Of a stretch of DNA of 64,000 bases, positions 11,174 to 20,825 are shown piece by piece. The notes beneath the pieces were generated by a model. It did not search any database, was not told the DNA's origin, and saw only the letters and a program-made list of their open reading frames with translations. Position 1 is the first letter of the stretch, and every line of letters starts with the position of its first letter. The stretch is taken from assembly GCA_963777505.1 (NCBI GenBank), contig CAVZQN010000006.1, positions 320,001 through 384,000 of the forward strand, written 5' to 3'. The DNA is from an uncultured bacterium. Its GTDB lineage: Bacteria > Acidobacteriota > HRBIN11 > JAKEFK01. Made by a program: the position numbers and the translations under genes.

Positions 11174-12359
11174 ATGCTCTTTGGGCGTCGCGTTGATTCT
11201 TTTTCTTGAGCATCACACTTTGTCCGGCATGTACTGATTCAAAGCCGAATCGCTCACGCACTGAATCTACTTGTTCATGAAGTTCTCTTGCTTTAATTTG
11301 CCGCGGATCAGGAAACAATTCATATTGTCCCGTTTCAGGTTCAAAGTGTGAAAGATGAATCCCAACAAGCCTGATACGAACACGCCGCTGCCAATTCTGA
11401 CTCAGAAGGTTTAACGCAGCACGATAAACAGTTTCATCCAGATTGGTAGCAGAATCTAATGTGATGGAGCGCGAAACACGTTTTAAATCTGTATAGCGCA
11501 ATTTTAAAGTAATCGTTCGCGCTTTCCGGCGGGTTTTTCGAAGCTCATTGCATGCACGTTCAATCAGAAGATGGAGCATTGCACCAAGATATTCTTCATT
11601 CACAGTGTCTTCTTCAAGAGTCAGCTCACGGCTGATCGATTTTGATCCTGTATCTACAATTCCCATCATTTCACTGTCTATACCACGCGCTCTTCTGGAT
11701 AAAGCAACACCGTTAATGCCGAAAACTGCTTCCATTAAATCTGCGGGAACATTTGCAAGTTCACCGATTGTAGAAATGCCCATGTCCTGTAGCTGCGATT
11801 CCATTTTTTCACCAATGCCGGGAAGTGATCGTATCTGAAGTGAACGCAGGAAAGATTCTTCATAACCAGGGAGGATAAATAAAAAGCCATTCGGTTTAGC
11901 AAAATCGGATGCGACTTTTGCCATTAAACGATTTCGCGCGACACCAACTGAAGCATTTAAATGAACTTCATTTTGAATCGCATTGCGAATTTTCTCCGCA
12001 GCTGCAGCAGCCGAGCCATAAAGACGTTCACACCCATATAAATTGATGTAGGCTTCATCAATCGATACCCATTCAACATGAGGTGAATATCGTTCGAGAA
12101 TCCTGGCAATTCGATCTGAATATTCAGCATAGGCATCATAATGCGCGGAAACAAAAATTAAATTCGGACACAACTTGCGGGCATGATAACTTGGCATCGC
12201 AGAACGTACCCCAAAACGGCGCGCTTCATACGAAGCCGATGCAACAACACCTCGGCCTGTAGGATCTCCACCCACGGCAACAGGTTTGCCGCGCAATGCC
12301 GGGTTCAGGAGCTCCTCAACCCCAACGAAAAATGCATCCATATCAACATGTACGATCAT
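11172..12359 (-). CDS. dinB: DNA polymerase IV (Y-family)
   Basis: HVDMDAFF, ASYEARRFGVRSAM, SIDEAY, AKVASDFAKPNG, C-terminal clamp-binding-like QYELF. Confidence 0.95.
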   Translation of the reverse strand: MIVHVDMDAFFVGVEELLNPALRGKPVAVGGDPTGRGVVASASYEARRFGVRSAMPSYHARKLCPNLIFVSAHYDAYAEYSDRIARILERYSPHVEWVSIDEAYINLYGCERLYGSAAAAAEKIRNAIQNEVHLNASVGVARNRLMAKVASDFAKPNGFLFILPGYEESFLRSLQIRSLPGIGEKMESQLQDMGISTIGELANVPADLMEAVFGINGVALSRRARGIDSEMMGIVDTGSKSISRELTLEEDTVNEEYLGAMLHLLIERACNELRKTRRKARTITLKLRYTDLKRVSRSITLDSATNLDETVYRAALNLLSQNWQRRVRIRLVGIHLSHFEPETGQYELFPDPRQIKARELHEQVDSVRERFGFESVHAGQSVMLKKKNQRDAQRA

Positions 12360-12450
12360 ATGTTTTAAACATAAGGTCTTCTAAATTAAAAAACCACCTT
12401 ATGTAGTGGTATTATCGACAGAAACACACCATTAGTTGCTACATCGAGGA

Positions 12451-13059
12451 TCAGTATTTTCTGAGTATCCCGATTACGATCCCCTGAATTGTGAGCCGAT
12501 CCGAGGGGAATGTCATTGGTTTCATCTCGGGATTTGCCGGTTGAAGGCGGATATTTCCACCCCGTTCCCGATAAAATTTCTTCAATGTAGCTTCGTCTCC
12601 ATCAATTAAAGCAATCACCATTTCGCCATTTTCTGCAGTCTTACGGTCCTCGACAATTACATAATCGCCATCTCGAATTTGTTCATCGATCATCGAACTG
12701 CCTCGAACTTGAAGTACATACGTTTTGCCTTTGGTTTTCACCATATCTGCAGGCACTGAAATGACTTCATCAATCGCCACAGCCTGAATCGGACGTCCAG
12801 CGGCAACATAGCCAAGTAAAGGAATTTCAGTGCCTTCGGTTTCTGATTCTATCGGGACCAATTCAATAGAACGGCTCGAATAATGTTTTCGACGAATCAG
12901 CTTTTTTTCCTTTAGATGAGTCAAATGTTTATGAACGGTAGCTAGTGAGGTATAACCGAAATGATCTCCAATTTCCTCAAGACTTGGGGAATACCCGTGA
13001 CTCCGAATAAACCGTTCAATAAAATCCAGGATTTGTTTTTGCGTTTTTGTTAAATACAA
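12451..13059 (-). CDS. lexA: SOS repressor LexA
   Basis: LTKTQ..IL.FI...GYSPS.EEI winged HTH; VAAG cleavage site; GSSM Ser and TLKK Lys; TTG start with AGGAGG RBS. Confidence 0.96.
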   Translation of the reverse strand: MYLTKTQKQILDFIERFIRSHGYSPSLEEIGDHFGYTSLATVHKHLTHLKEKKLIRRKHYSSRSIELVPIESETEGTEIPLLGYVAAGRPIQAVAIDEVISVPADMVKTKGKTYVLQVRGSSMIDEQIRDGDYVIVEDRKTAENGEMVIALIDGDEATLKKFYRERGGNIRLQPANPEMKPMTFPSDRLTIQGIVIGILRKY

Positions 13060-13113
13060 AATTGCTCCTCCTTGGTTCCAGGGGCGGAAGAAAACTCCGC
13101 CCCTGATAATTTC

Positions 13114-13142
13114 AGCATAGGCGAAGAAAAAGCGAAAATCAA
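13114..13142 (-). promoter_or_regulatory. Putative sigma70 promoter of lexA (TTGATT-N17-TATGCT) with candidate LexA operator TTCGC-N6-TTCGC in the spacer
   Basis: Minus strand -35 at 13142-13137, -10 at 13119-13114; plus strand GCGAA at 13121-13125 and 13132-13136. Confidence 0.7.
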
Positions 13143-13249
13143 GTGGTTTCTCAAACTCTGATTAAAAGTCCTTTTTATTGAAAACACCAAAGCGCTTGCA
13201 TTACTATTGACTGGGGAAAAACGGAAGAGATTTTTTTGAGGAGATTTGA

Positions 13250-13936
13250 ATGCGTGAAGAATATGAAGAGAAGTCTTTCAACCCATTGAAGTTCGGAATC
13301 CTCGCTGCAGCACTTGTCGCCTTCGTCGTAACATCGCTTCTTTATTTCAATTCCTACCGCAAAACAAAGGAAGTAGAGGCACAGGAACAAGCTTTTTTGC
13401 AGGAAGAGTTAACGAAACTCAAGAAGGATAAAGGCGAATTAGAATTGAAGGTGGAAGATCTAGAAAAAGCATCGAAAGAGAATTCCGAAAAGTTAGAAAA
13501 ACAGGTAAAGACCAGAGATTCGCAGATTACGAGTGTAAAACGGGAACTGGAAGTAGAAAGCAAAAACATGGAAGCGAAGCTTGCGGAATTGAAGAAAGAA
13601 AAAGAATTGCTTTCCTCCCAGATTGCTGGTTACAAAAAAGAATTAGATGATGCTCGTTCCGAAACGAATTCTGAAAAGAGAAAGGGTGCTGAACAAGTCA
13701 CAAAGCTTCAAAATGATTTGAAGAATGTGCGACAGGAATCTGATCGTTATAGCAAAGAATTGAAAGTACTTCGCGAGAAATTAAACAAGATTAATGAAGG
13801 GGATCGCGCGGCTGCGGATGCTATGGTTGAACAATTGGCAGAAGCACGGCAGGAATTAAAGAGTGAAAAAGCGGCACGCGAGCGTCTGGAACAGGAACTG
13901 ACAGCATTGCGATCACAGTCCCCGCCCCAGCGTTAA
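13250..13936 (+). CDS. Membrane-anchored coiled-coil hypothetical protein
   Basis: One N-terminal hydrophobic helix followed by ~190 aa of K/E/L-rich heptads; GAGGAG RBS. Confidence 0.75.
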   Translation: MREEYEEKSFNPLKFGILAAALVAFVVTSLLYFNSYRKTKEVEAQEQAFLQEELTKLKKDKGELELKVEDLEKASKENSEKLEKQVKTRDSQITSVKRELEVESKNMEAKLAELKKEKELLSSQIAGYKKELDDARSETNSEKRKGAEQVTKLQNDLKNVRQESDRYSKELKVLREKLNKINEGDRAAADAMVEQLAEARQELKSEKAARERLEQELTALRSQSPPQR

Positions 13937-13941
13937 TTGTA

Positions 13942-14133
13942 TTAAACAACTTTTTCGACTTTTCCGGATCGAAGGCAGCGCGAGCACACTTTTAGCGTTT
14001 TTACTGAAGCGCCGATTTTTACTTTCGCCTTATGCAAATTGGGCTTCCATCGACGATTCGTTACATTATGAGCATGGCTCACATTGTGCCCTTTTAACGA
14101 GCCTTTGCCGCAGATATCACATCTGTAGGCCAT
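13942..14133 (-). CDS. rpmB: 50S ribosomal protein L28 (Zn-binding form)
   Basis: CDICGKG..GHNVSHA....RRWKPNL...VCSRCLRSG. Confidence 0.96.
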   Translation of the reverse strand: MAYRCDICGKGSLKGHNVSHAHNVTNRRWKPNLHKAKVKIGASVKTLKVCSRCLRSGKVEKVV

Positions 14134-14297
14134 TGTATTAATTCTCCTAAGTTACAGATTTTACACGACGCCACAGCATGGGCGTAGTGATTTTGTCCTG
14201 ATGAAAGGAAACGGAGAATATAACACAATCTGTCCCTTTGCGGCAAGCGCAGCCCGTTTTTGGCCTTAAAGTATTATTAATTCAGGAGAAAGTACTC

Positions 14298-14660
14298 ATG
14301 CCGACACATTTAAAAGGGCCAACTATTATTCAATCAGCAGGAAATAAGCCGAAGATTATTGAAGAGTACATTGGGCGAGTTAATTCAAAAACTTCCGGCT
14401 TAAGCATTGCGCGGATGAAAAGTCCTGGCGGTTGGATCGAACCAGGACAATGCCCGGAGTTTGATGAATTTACTGTAGTGCTGCACGGGAAGCTCCGGGT
14501 TCAATCTGAGTCTGGCGTAATGGACGTCAATGCAGGTGAAGCGGTTATTGCACACAAAGGTGAATGGGTGCAGTACAGCACACCTGAGTCTGATGGAGCG
14601 GAATACATCGCTATTTGTATGCCTGCATTTTCAATGGAAACTGTTCATCGCGACGAATAA
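14298..14660 (+). CDS. Cupin domain protein (EutQ-like)
   Basis: KPKIIEEYIGRVNS, SPGGW.EPGQ.PEFDE, GEWVQYSTP, C.PAFS; AGGAG RBS before ATG 14298. Confidence 0.85.
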   Translation: MPTHLKGPTIIQSAGNKPKIIEEYIGRVNSKTSGLSIARMKSPGGWIEPGQCPEFDEFTVVLHGKLRVQSESGVMDVNAGEAVIAHKGEWVQYSTPESDGAEYIAICMPAFSMETVHRDE

Positions 14661-14661
14661 G

Positions 14662-15807
14662 CTACGCAACCCAGAACCAGTTCGCGAAAGCAGCCATAAA
14701 AAACCCAAGCAACAGTGCACAGAAAATTTGTATCGCGGGATTCAAACGTCCAGCAAAAAAAGAGACAACCATGAAGAAAGGTACGTTGGCAAGGCATAAA
14801 CGGGAAAATGAAAACAATGTGCTCATCAGCGGAAACAAAACAGCTAGAAGACTGTAGAAAAAGTAAGGACGCGGAACTCTTCGCCAGGTAAATACAAGCG
14901 CGCATAAATTCGCAATTGCGAAACAAAAATCAATAATCGAATTATGCTGGCCATGAATTGAAATATTGCTTTCAGCAAATCGTACAAAAGCGTAGAGCGG
15001 ATACTTTAAATCTCCGCGCCAATATCGAATGCTCTCTGGAATCCAAACAATAGAACCAAATTGCACATGAATGAATGCGAGATAACCAATCAATGGAACC
15101 GCGGATGCAAGAACAATTGCACTTGCAGCCCAAACCCTTTTTTGAGGATAACATCTCCAGGCAAGCCAGATGAGAGCTGGTATGGCGATGACTGCTTGAG
15201 AACGGGTTAAAACAGCAATTGCTGTTGCAATCATCGCTGGCAGGAGTTTGTTTTTTTCTAAGTAATAGAAAGCTGCTGTCAGCGCAGCAAGAAACATGGA
15301 TTCTGAATATACAGCGCTTAAAAATAAACTCGTTGGGAAAACGATGTAAAGGATTGTAGTGTTGTAAGCCGTATCAGAATTAAAAAGTTTTTCGGTAAGT
15401 TTGAAAAGATAGTACAAAAATAGGATCGCACACACATTCGAAACGATGATCCCGGCTGCGATGCTATTCCCGGTGAATACTGAAAGGAAACGGATTGCCA
15501 TTGGATATGCCGGGAAAAATTTAGCAGTTTCTTGTTTAAGATAGCGTCCGCCTCCATATTCCTTAAACAGTTCGTAATTGCCGTAACCCTTCTCTGCGAT
15601 CAGGAGCCACCATTCAGAATCCCATCTGGCCCAGATATCGAGCGTCAGAGTTTGGCGTTTGTGATATTGCAAATCCCTGCCTTTGAACAAAGCTTGGGCC
15701 GAGGGAAAATAAAAAGCGGAGAGGATGCCGACGATTTCCAATCCAAGACGTGAAATCAAAAAAATTGCAAGAATGAAGCGGAAGTCTCTACGGACTGGCT
15801 CTGACAT
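14662..15807 (-). CDS. GT-C mannosyltransferase-like membrane protein (PIG-V family)
   Basis: RWDSEWW..IA.KGY, KFFPAYP, FPTSLFLSAVYSES motifs; multipass. Confidence 0.8.
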   Translation of the reverse strand: MSEPVRRDFRFILAIFLISRLGLEIVGILSAFYFPSAQALFKGRDLQYHKRQTLTLDIWARWDSEWWLLIAEKGYGNYELFKEYGGGRYLKQETAKFFPAYPMAIRFLSVFTGNSIAAGIIVSNVCAILFLYYLFKLTEKLFNSDTAYNTTILYIVFPTSLFLSAVYSESMFLAALTAAFYYLEKNKLLPAMIATAIAVLTRSQAVIAIPALIWLAWRCYPQKRVWAASAIVLASAVPLIGYLAFIHVQFGSIVWIPESIRYWRGDLKYPLYAFVRFAESNISIHGQHNSIIDFCFAIANLCALVFTWRRVPRPYFFYSLLAVLFPLMSTLFSFSRLCLANVPFFMVVSFFAGRLNPAIQIFCALLLGFFMAAFANWFWVA

Positions 15808-15887
15808 GCTTAGGACATTTTAACCACAAAGACGAAGAGTATAAAGGAAAGATGAAGTATGTTGTATAGAGGAGCAAGGAGAAAAAT

Positions 15888-16286
15888 ATGAAAACGATCG
15901 CTATGATTCTGATGACTTTATTTGTCCTGCCGCTTGCAACTGCTCAGGAGAAGGAAGAAGCGCCAAAATTCGAGATGGTTACTTACTATCTTGGTTTGCT
16001 ATATGCAGGAACTGCACGAGATCAGTCACCGGAGGATTTAGAAAAAATTCAGACTGCTCACCTAAAACACCTCGAATCTATGTATAAGAAAGGCATTTTG
16101 TTAATTGCTGGTCCGATGGGAGACAATGGTGATCTGCGTGGAATTGTTGTTCTGAAAGTAAATTCAATGGAAGAAGCAAAAGCGCTTGTAGATGCAGATC
16201 CCGCAGTGAAGGCCGGCAGATTGCGAGTCGAACTTCATCCATGGATGAGCCAATCTTTGGATTCTCTAGCTTACAAAGAAAAATAA
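15888..16286 (+). CDS. Exported YciI family protein
   Basis: Signal peptide; AHLKHL, IAGP, RGIVVL, DPAVKAGRL..ELHPW. Confidence 0.85.
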   Translation: MKTIAMILMTLFVLPLATAQEKEEAPKFEMVTYYLGLLYAGTARDQSPEDLEKIQTAHLKHLESMYKKGILLIAGPMGDNGDLRGIVVLKVNSMEEAKALVDADPAVKAGRLRVELHPWMSQSLDSLAYKEK

Positions 16287-16287
16287 A

Positions 16288-17628
16288 TCACTTTGGGGGA
16301 TCTTTTTTCTTTTCCTGTCCTTGATAAAAAGATGACCGGTCTGAAAAATATCGATACAGAATATTGCTCAGTCTTTTCGGAACTTCAACAAACTGATTGC
16401 GCAACATTTGTGAAATTTGGAAGTGGCCGTCACGTGGAAGCATTCCTGTTGATACCTGAATCACCATAAAGAGATTCCAAATTATGAAAAAACCTGAAAG
16501 TACTGGAATTAGGCGGCTGGAGAAGCGTGAATACAATGCTGCAAGTCCCAATGTAAATATCGCAGTGCAACTGATTAAATACCGGAGTCCGAATCCTGCA
16601 CCACCTTGCCAGGTATCAATACAGATAATGAGATAAAACTGAACTGCAAACACTACGATTAACAGCCAGAAAGTCTTGTTAGTTCGCACAAGATTGATGA
16701 ACCCCCCAATGCACAATACGATGACGGGAGTCCAGATGAAAAGGCCATGATAGGTTGAAAATAGAACCGAGATTAAATACCTTCCTTCCCAAAAAAATTT
16801 ACCTTTAAGATTTCCCGTTGAATAGGGATTCAATGCACCATTCAGCTTCCACCAGATCCAGAGCTGCGGAATAAACATAACGAATGCAGCGGCAACACAT
16901 GCGGCTTTCAGGCGAAGCGGTTTGCGATCGAGGATTGGAATGAGCATAAACAAACCATCTTGCCAACGAACAAGCGCCGCCAGCCCGCCTACGATTCCAA
17001 TCAGAGCCCAGGATCCTGTTGAATCTTTATCACGCAGGCGGTGCCACACAAAAAGAAAAAGGCTTGTTGTGAAAATTGAAGTTGCATGAGACATCGGTGG
17101 CGTAACATACATGTAAAAAACAGCATGTGCTCCAAACCACAATGTTAGTACTGCCCAAAATGAAACCCACGTGGAAAAGAAATCGCGCGCAATTCGATAT
17201 TGCAGAATGAATCCAAGAAATCCGTAGAAGGCACTGGCGAAACAAACAGCAAGAATATAGGGAAATGAAAAGCCATTTGCCGATGCTTTCCCGGTAGCCT
17301 TCACATATAAATCTGCAGCCCCGAAAAAAGGAGCCCATAAAATTGCACATCCAATTGGCGCATCATTTCGAGCATAACCAGTTGGGGTCTTGCGATCCAT
17401 AAATGCTCTTCGAAAGGCTTGTTGTTTTGATGGTCCTTGTTGATAAAGCCAATAGTATTCGTTTGCAAAATTCAAATCGCCATCTTTCCAGATTGATCGC
17501 AGGTATGAAAAGTATTGGATTTCATCACCGCTATAGAGACGGGGTGTAAGCAGTACAAGAGAAATTAGAAAAATTAGAGTTAATGCTAAGAAACCGCGAT
17601 CCAGTCCGCGGTTTTCGAGCTTTACCAT
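16288..17628 (-). CDS. GT-C type integral membrane glycosyltransferase
   Basis: GDEIQYFSYLRS..DGDLNF.NE first loop, PIG.A.LW.PF, HGLF.WTP, W.GG.GFG.RY; multipass. Confidence 0.72.
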   Translation of the reverse strand: MVKLENRGLDRGFLALTLIFLISLVLLTPRLYSGDEIQYFSYLRSIWKDGDLNFANEYYWLYQQGPSKQQAFRRAFMDRKTPTGYARNDAPIGCAILWAPFFGAADLYVKATGKASANGFSFPYILAVCFASAFYGFLGFILQYRIARDFFSTWVSFWAVLTLWFGAHAVFYMYVTPPMSHATSIFTTSLFLFVWHRLRDKDSTGSWALIGIVGGLAALVRWQDGLFMLIPILDRKPLRLKAACVAAAFVMFIPQLWIWWKLNGALNPYSTGNLKGKFFWEGRYLISVLFSTYHGLFIWTPVIVLCIGGFINLVRTNKTFWLLIVVFAVQFYLIICIDTWQGGAGFGLRYLISCTAIFTLGLAALYSRFSSRLIPVLSGFFIIWNLFMVIQVSTGMLPRDGHFQISQMLRNQFVEVPKRLSNILYRYFSDRSSFYQGQEKKKDPPK

Positions 17629-19121
17629 TGGCAGGAATAGATTAAAACGTGTTCTGTCCCAAGCAAAGGAGTTTGATGATCCAATTTACAACGGTTGTCC
17701 TCTGCCAGAAGCTTTTCGCGGCGTTCGCTTACCAGGCCAGTATTGATCAGTAAATAATCTGGTTTTTGGGTGGATAAATAAGCAAGCATTCTTTCGTTAA
17801 TACCATCGCCTTTCTCGCGGTACTGCTTGCTATTCAGATCGATCCATCCAGAAAAATCCACAAGCTTTCTTTCAGCAAAATATGGAATCACACCGATTTC
17901 TTCCGATGCAAACGTTGCATTCCGAGGTGTGTGATTTTTCAACCAGATCCCTGCGTCGCGGTATGCAGGATATGCGGTGAGCCGCTGCCCGCCCCGAGTT
18001 TGTTCGTAATAATAAATGTTCAAAAGAAAATAACAAAAGAAACAAATACCGATCGTTCCAAAAAGGAAAAACTGCGACCACTTCTGGGAACTAAAATATT
18101 TCTCTGAAACTATTTTCAGATAGACCAGAGAAAACAAGCCGATGAATGGCAAAAGGTGAATATAGTAACGCCTGTTATCAAGAAATGGACCATAGAAGAA
18201 CATGCAAAACGTCACCCAGATAAAAAGAAACATGAATCTTGGCGCACGTTCGCGGATCTGTGCTAACCCCGCTGCAATTGCAGCAAGAATCAAGATCGGG
18301 AAAAATAATATGAAGATACCGCCAATGAAATGTGGAATTTTCCGGATTGCCCAGGGGTTTAGTTTTGCACTTCCTGAAGTTGGAAGCACTGTGGCGTTCG
18401 TGCCGATATACAAAAACCACATCGCCGGAAGTGCAGCAAGAACAAGGAATCTGACTAACGCGTCTTTCCAACTGAATTCGTCGTTGCGGTAATCCAGATA
18501 GAGATGATTGCAATAGAGAAGCAGTGCATAAAGCGCGCCTTCATATCGTGTAAGAATTGCAAGACCGAGGAATACATAAGTCCAAACAGAGCGTGTATGA
18601 AACAAATAGAAATAGAGCGAAATCAGCACCAGAAAAGTAAATAGTGTGAAGTCCTGCGGTCCGGCACTCAAGATGCTTTCCAGAGGTGACGCAGCCCAAA
18701 CAAGTGCAGACGCAAATGCGATAAAGGTACTCGATGTGATTTTGTACGCGATCAAGAAAAGAAGGATTGTTGCCCCAAGACTGAAACCCAGATTAACAAA
18801 TTTTGCAGTAACAAGAGCGCTATCCTGAAACAAGAAATGTTGAACTGCTAGAACGAATGTCAGTAAAGGTGTAGCCGCATGTGAAATTTCGCCGGGATTA
18901 AAACTGAATCCATGGCCTTGTGCGAGGTTACGTGCGTATACATGAAAGACATACGCATCATCATAAGTGAGGTAATAGTCGCCGAAGAAAAGAAAATGAA
19001 CCATTAAAGACAGAACTAATGCGCCTGTAATAGGCCATCGCGATTTACTGATGATCTCGGCGGCGGTAGCTTCTTTTTCTTGAAGAAGAGTCGCTTTCTT
19101 GAAGGGAATAATTTCAGTCAT
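17622..19121 (-). CDS. GT-C type integral membrane glycosyltransferase
   Basis: DDAYVFHVYARNLAQGHG..FNPGE, TRYEG, IGVIPYF..D..G, PDY; multipass. Confidence 0.75.
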   Translation of the reverse strand: MTEIIPFKKATLLQEKEATAAEIISKSRWPITGALVLSLMVHFLFFGDYYLTYDDAYVFHVYARNLAQGHGFSFNPGEISHAATPLLTFVLAVQHFLFQDSALVTAKFVNLGFSLGATILLFLIAYKITSSTFIAFASALVWAASPLESILSAGPQDFTLFTFLVLISLYFYLFHTRSVWTYVFLGLAILTRYEGALYALLLYCNHLYLDYRNDEFSWKDALVRFLVLAALPAMWFLYIGTNATVLPTSGSAKLNPWAIRKIPHFIGGIFILFFPILILAAIAAGLAQIRERAPRFMFLFIWVTFCMFFYGPFLDNRRYYIHLLPFIGLFSLVYLKIVSEKYFSSQKWSQFFLFGTIGICFFCYFLLNIYYYEQTRGGQRLTAYPAYRDAGIWLKNHTPRNATFASEEIGVIPYFAERKLVDFSGWIDLNSKQYREKGDGINERMLAYLSTQKPDYLLINTGLVSERREKLLAEDNRCKLDHQTPLLGTEHVLIYSCQW

Positions 19122-19849
19122 ACTTGAGTCACCAGCCCCTTCGTTTTAGAAACGCTTCCAAACCGGAGCCGGAAAATTGTTTGAATTGCTTTAATAATTT
19201 CTTTTCGAGAGATTTTTGATTTTCCTGCACGGCGTTCGATGAATGTAATAGGAATTTCTGCAATACGCAAATTTCTGGATTCGGCGCGGTGCAGAATTTC
19301 AACTAGATACGAATATCCTTCTGCAACCACACTCTCAAAATCAAGTTCTTGCAGCGTTTTGGAGTGGTAAAGACGAAAGCCGGAAGTACAGTCAGAAGCT
19401 TGAAGCGAAAGGACGGTATGCGCCATCAGGTTCGCAACTCTGCTGATAAAAATGCGAAACCAACCCCAGTTTAATGTTGCTCCGCCAGCAATGTAACGTG
19501 ATCCAATCACAAGATCCGCCTTTTGTGAGGTCCTGATCAATTCAGGAATATGCTCCGGATTATGAGAAAAATCGGCATCCATTGTTATTGCGGCGTCATA
19601 ATGATTTTCAAGAGCGTAACGGAACCCTGCTGCATATGCAGTTCCAAGGCCCAATTTTGCTGAGCGATTCAATAAATGAACCTTCTCATGATTTCCAAAA
19701 TGATGTAAAACCTCATCGGCAGTGCCATCTGGCGAACCGTCGTCAATAACCAAGACGTTCAGCGACTCTGGCAATTCGAGGATTTTTGTGACCAGCGGGA
19801 TAACATTATCCCGCTCGTTATAGGTGGGAACTAAAACGAGCGTTTTCAT
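19118..19849 (-). CDS. Polyprenol-monophosphomannose synthase (DPM1-like GT2)
   Basis: VPTYNE, DDGSPDGT, KLGLGTAY..GF, MDADFSH.P, GSRY..GG, DCTSGFR, ERRAGKSK. Confidence 0.9.
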   Translation of the reverse strand: MKTLVLVPTYNERDNVIPLVTKILELPESLNVLVIDDGSPDGTADEVLHHFGNHEKVHLLNRSAKLGLGTAYAAGFRYALENHYDAAITMDADFSHNPEHIPELIRTSQKADLVIGSRYIAGGATLNWGWFRIFISRVANLMAHTVLSLQASDCTSGFRLYHSKTLQELDFESVVAEGYSYLVEILHRAESRNLRIAEIPITFIERRAGKSKISRKEIIKAIQTIFRLRFGSVSKTKGLVTQV

Positions 19850-19904
19850 TAAAATACAAGAAATTCTGAATAATTCAGTATAACATGTGCCTCGATAAGC
19901 TGTT

Positions 19905-19932
19905 TTGACGCCTGGGAATCGTTAGATATAAT
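19905..19932 (+). promoter_or_regulatory. Putative sigma70 promoter TTGACG-N16-TATAAT for the small zinc-ribbon gene
   Basis: Near-consensus hexamers ~20 bp upstream of ATG 19952. Confidence 0.55.
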
Positions 19933-19951
19933 TTGAAAAGATGGAGTGTTC

Positions 19952-20110
19952 ATGTCGAAAGTCGTTCAAGGGAAAATAGGCGATCCAATTCGAGAAAGCG
20001 GTAACTACATCTGTGATAATTGCGGTCATTACCAGGCTTTTGAAGTAGGTGATGACTTTATTGAATGTCAGGCATGTTGGGAGCCAGATATAACCTGGGA
20101 ACTTGAATAA
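19952..20110 (+). CDS. 52-aa zinc-ribbon protein (absent from ORF track)
   Basis: MSKVVQGKIGDPIRESGNYICDNCGHYQAFEVGDDFIECQACWEPDITWELE; two CxxC; GGAG RBS; own promoter. Confidence 0.8.
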   Translation: MSKVVQGKIGDPIRESGNYICDNCGHYQAFEVGDDFIECQACWEPDITWELE

Positions 20111-20786
20111 CTAAACTCCGAAGAGCAATACAATCAGTCCGATTGCCAGTAGAACAAAAATAGCTCCAAAACCCAACCAGATATAAATTTCAATTCCACC
20201 TTTTTCCTTTTGTTCAGGAACCGGTGCGTCTGGATCGACAGGAGCTGGTGGTGCTTTCGGTTCTGCTTTTGCTTTTGGCGGTGGCGGAGGGGGTTCAGGC
20301 GGTGCAGGTTCCTCTGCCTCGGGCTCTGGTGGCGGCGGCGGCAGGTGCTGCTTTTGCAGGTGGAGGTGCAGGCTCTTCTCTTTCGTGTTCCGCCGTTCCG
20401 GTGCGCTGACCTAAATTTGGTTGCGTTCCCGATCTGCGAAGATTGGCTATATCGGGCGAGACCGCTTCCATCATCGTAGCGCCAATTTCCCCTTCAAAAC
20501 GGATTCGATACGGATTAATCGTAACAACGTCCTGACTTGTTAATGGATATTTTTCTTTTGCTACAATTGGTGCCCCATTCAGCAGCGTGCCATTTGTGCT
20601 TCCTAAGTCAGTGACATAGTAGTTATCGTTTTCATATAGAAATGCTGCATGTGAGCCGGAAATTTCAGGACGATTAAAATGAAGATCGTTACCAGGTTTC
20701 CGTCCGATAGTAATACGTGGCCTATCAAAAGAAACTTCCTGATTCGTATTATCGACGTCCGATTCGATGATCAGCCTTGCTGGCAT
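20111..20786 (-). CDS. FHA domain protein with Pro-rich linker and C-terminal TM anchor (one +1 frameshift near 20341)
   Basis: IGR..GND...ISGSHA...DLGSTNGT; shifted frame continues PPPPPEPEAEEP...IWLGFGAIFVLLAIGLIVLLFGV to TAG at 20113-20111. Confidence 0.8.
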
Positions 20787-20825
20787 AGAGGGTATGGTAC
20801 CGCTAGAGCCGTCATTCGTAAAGAC

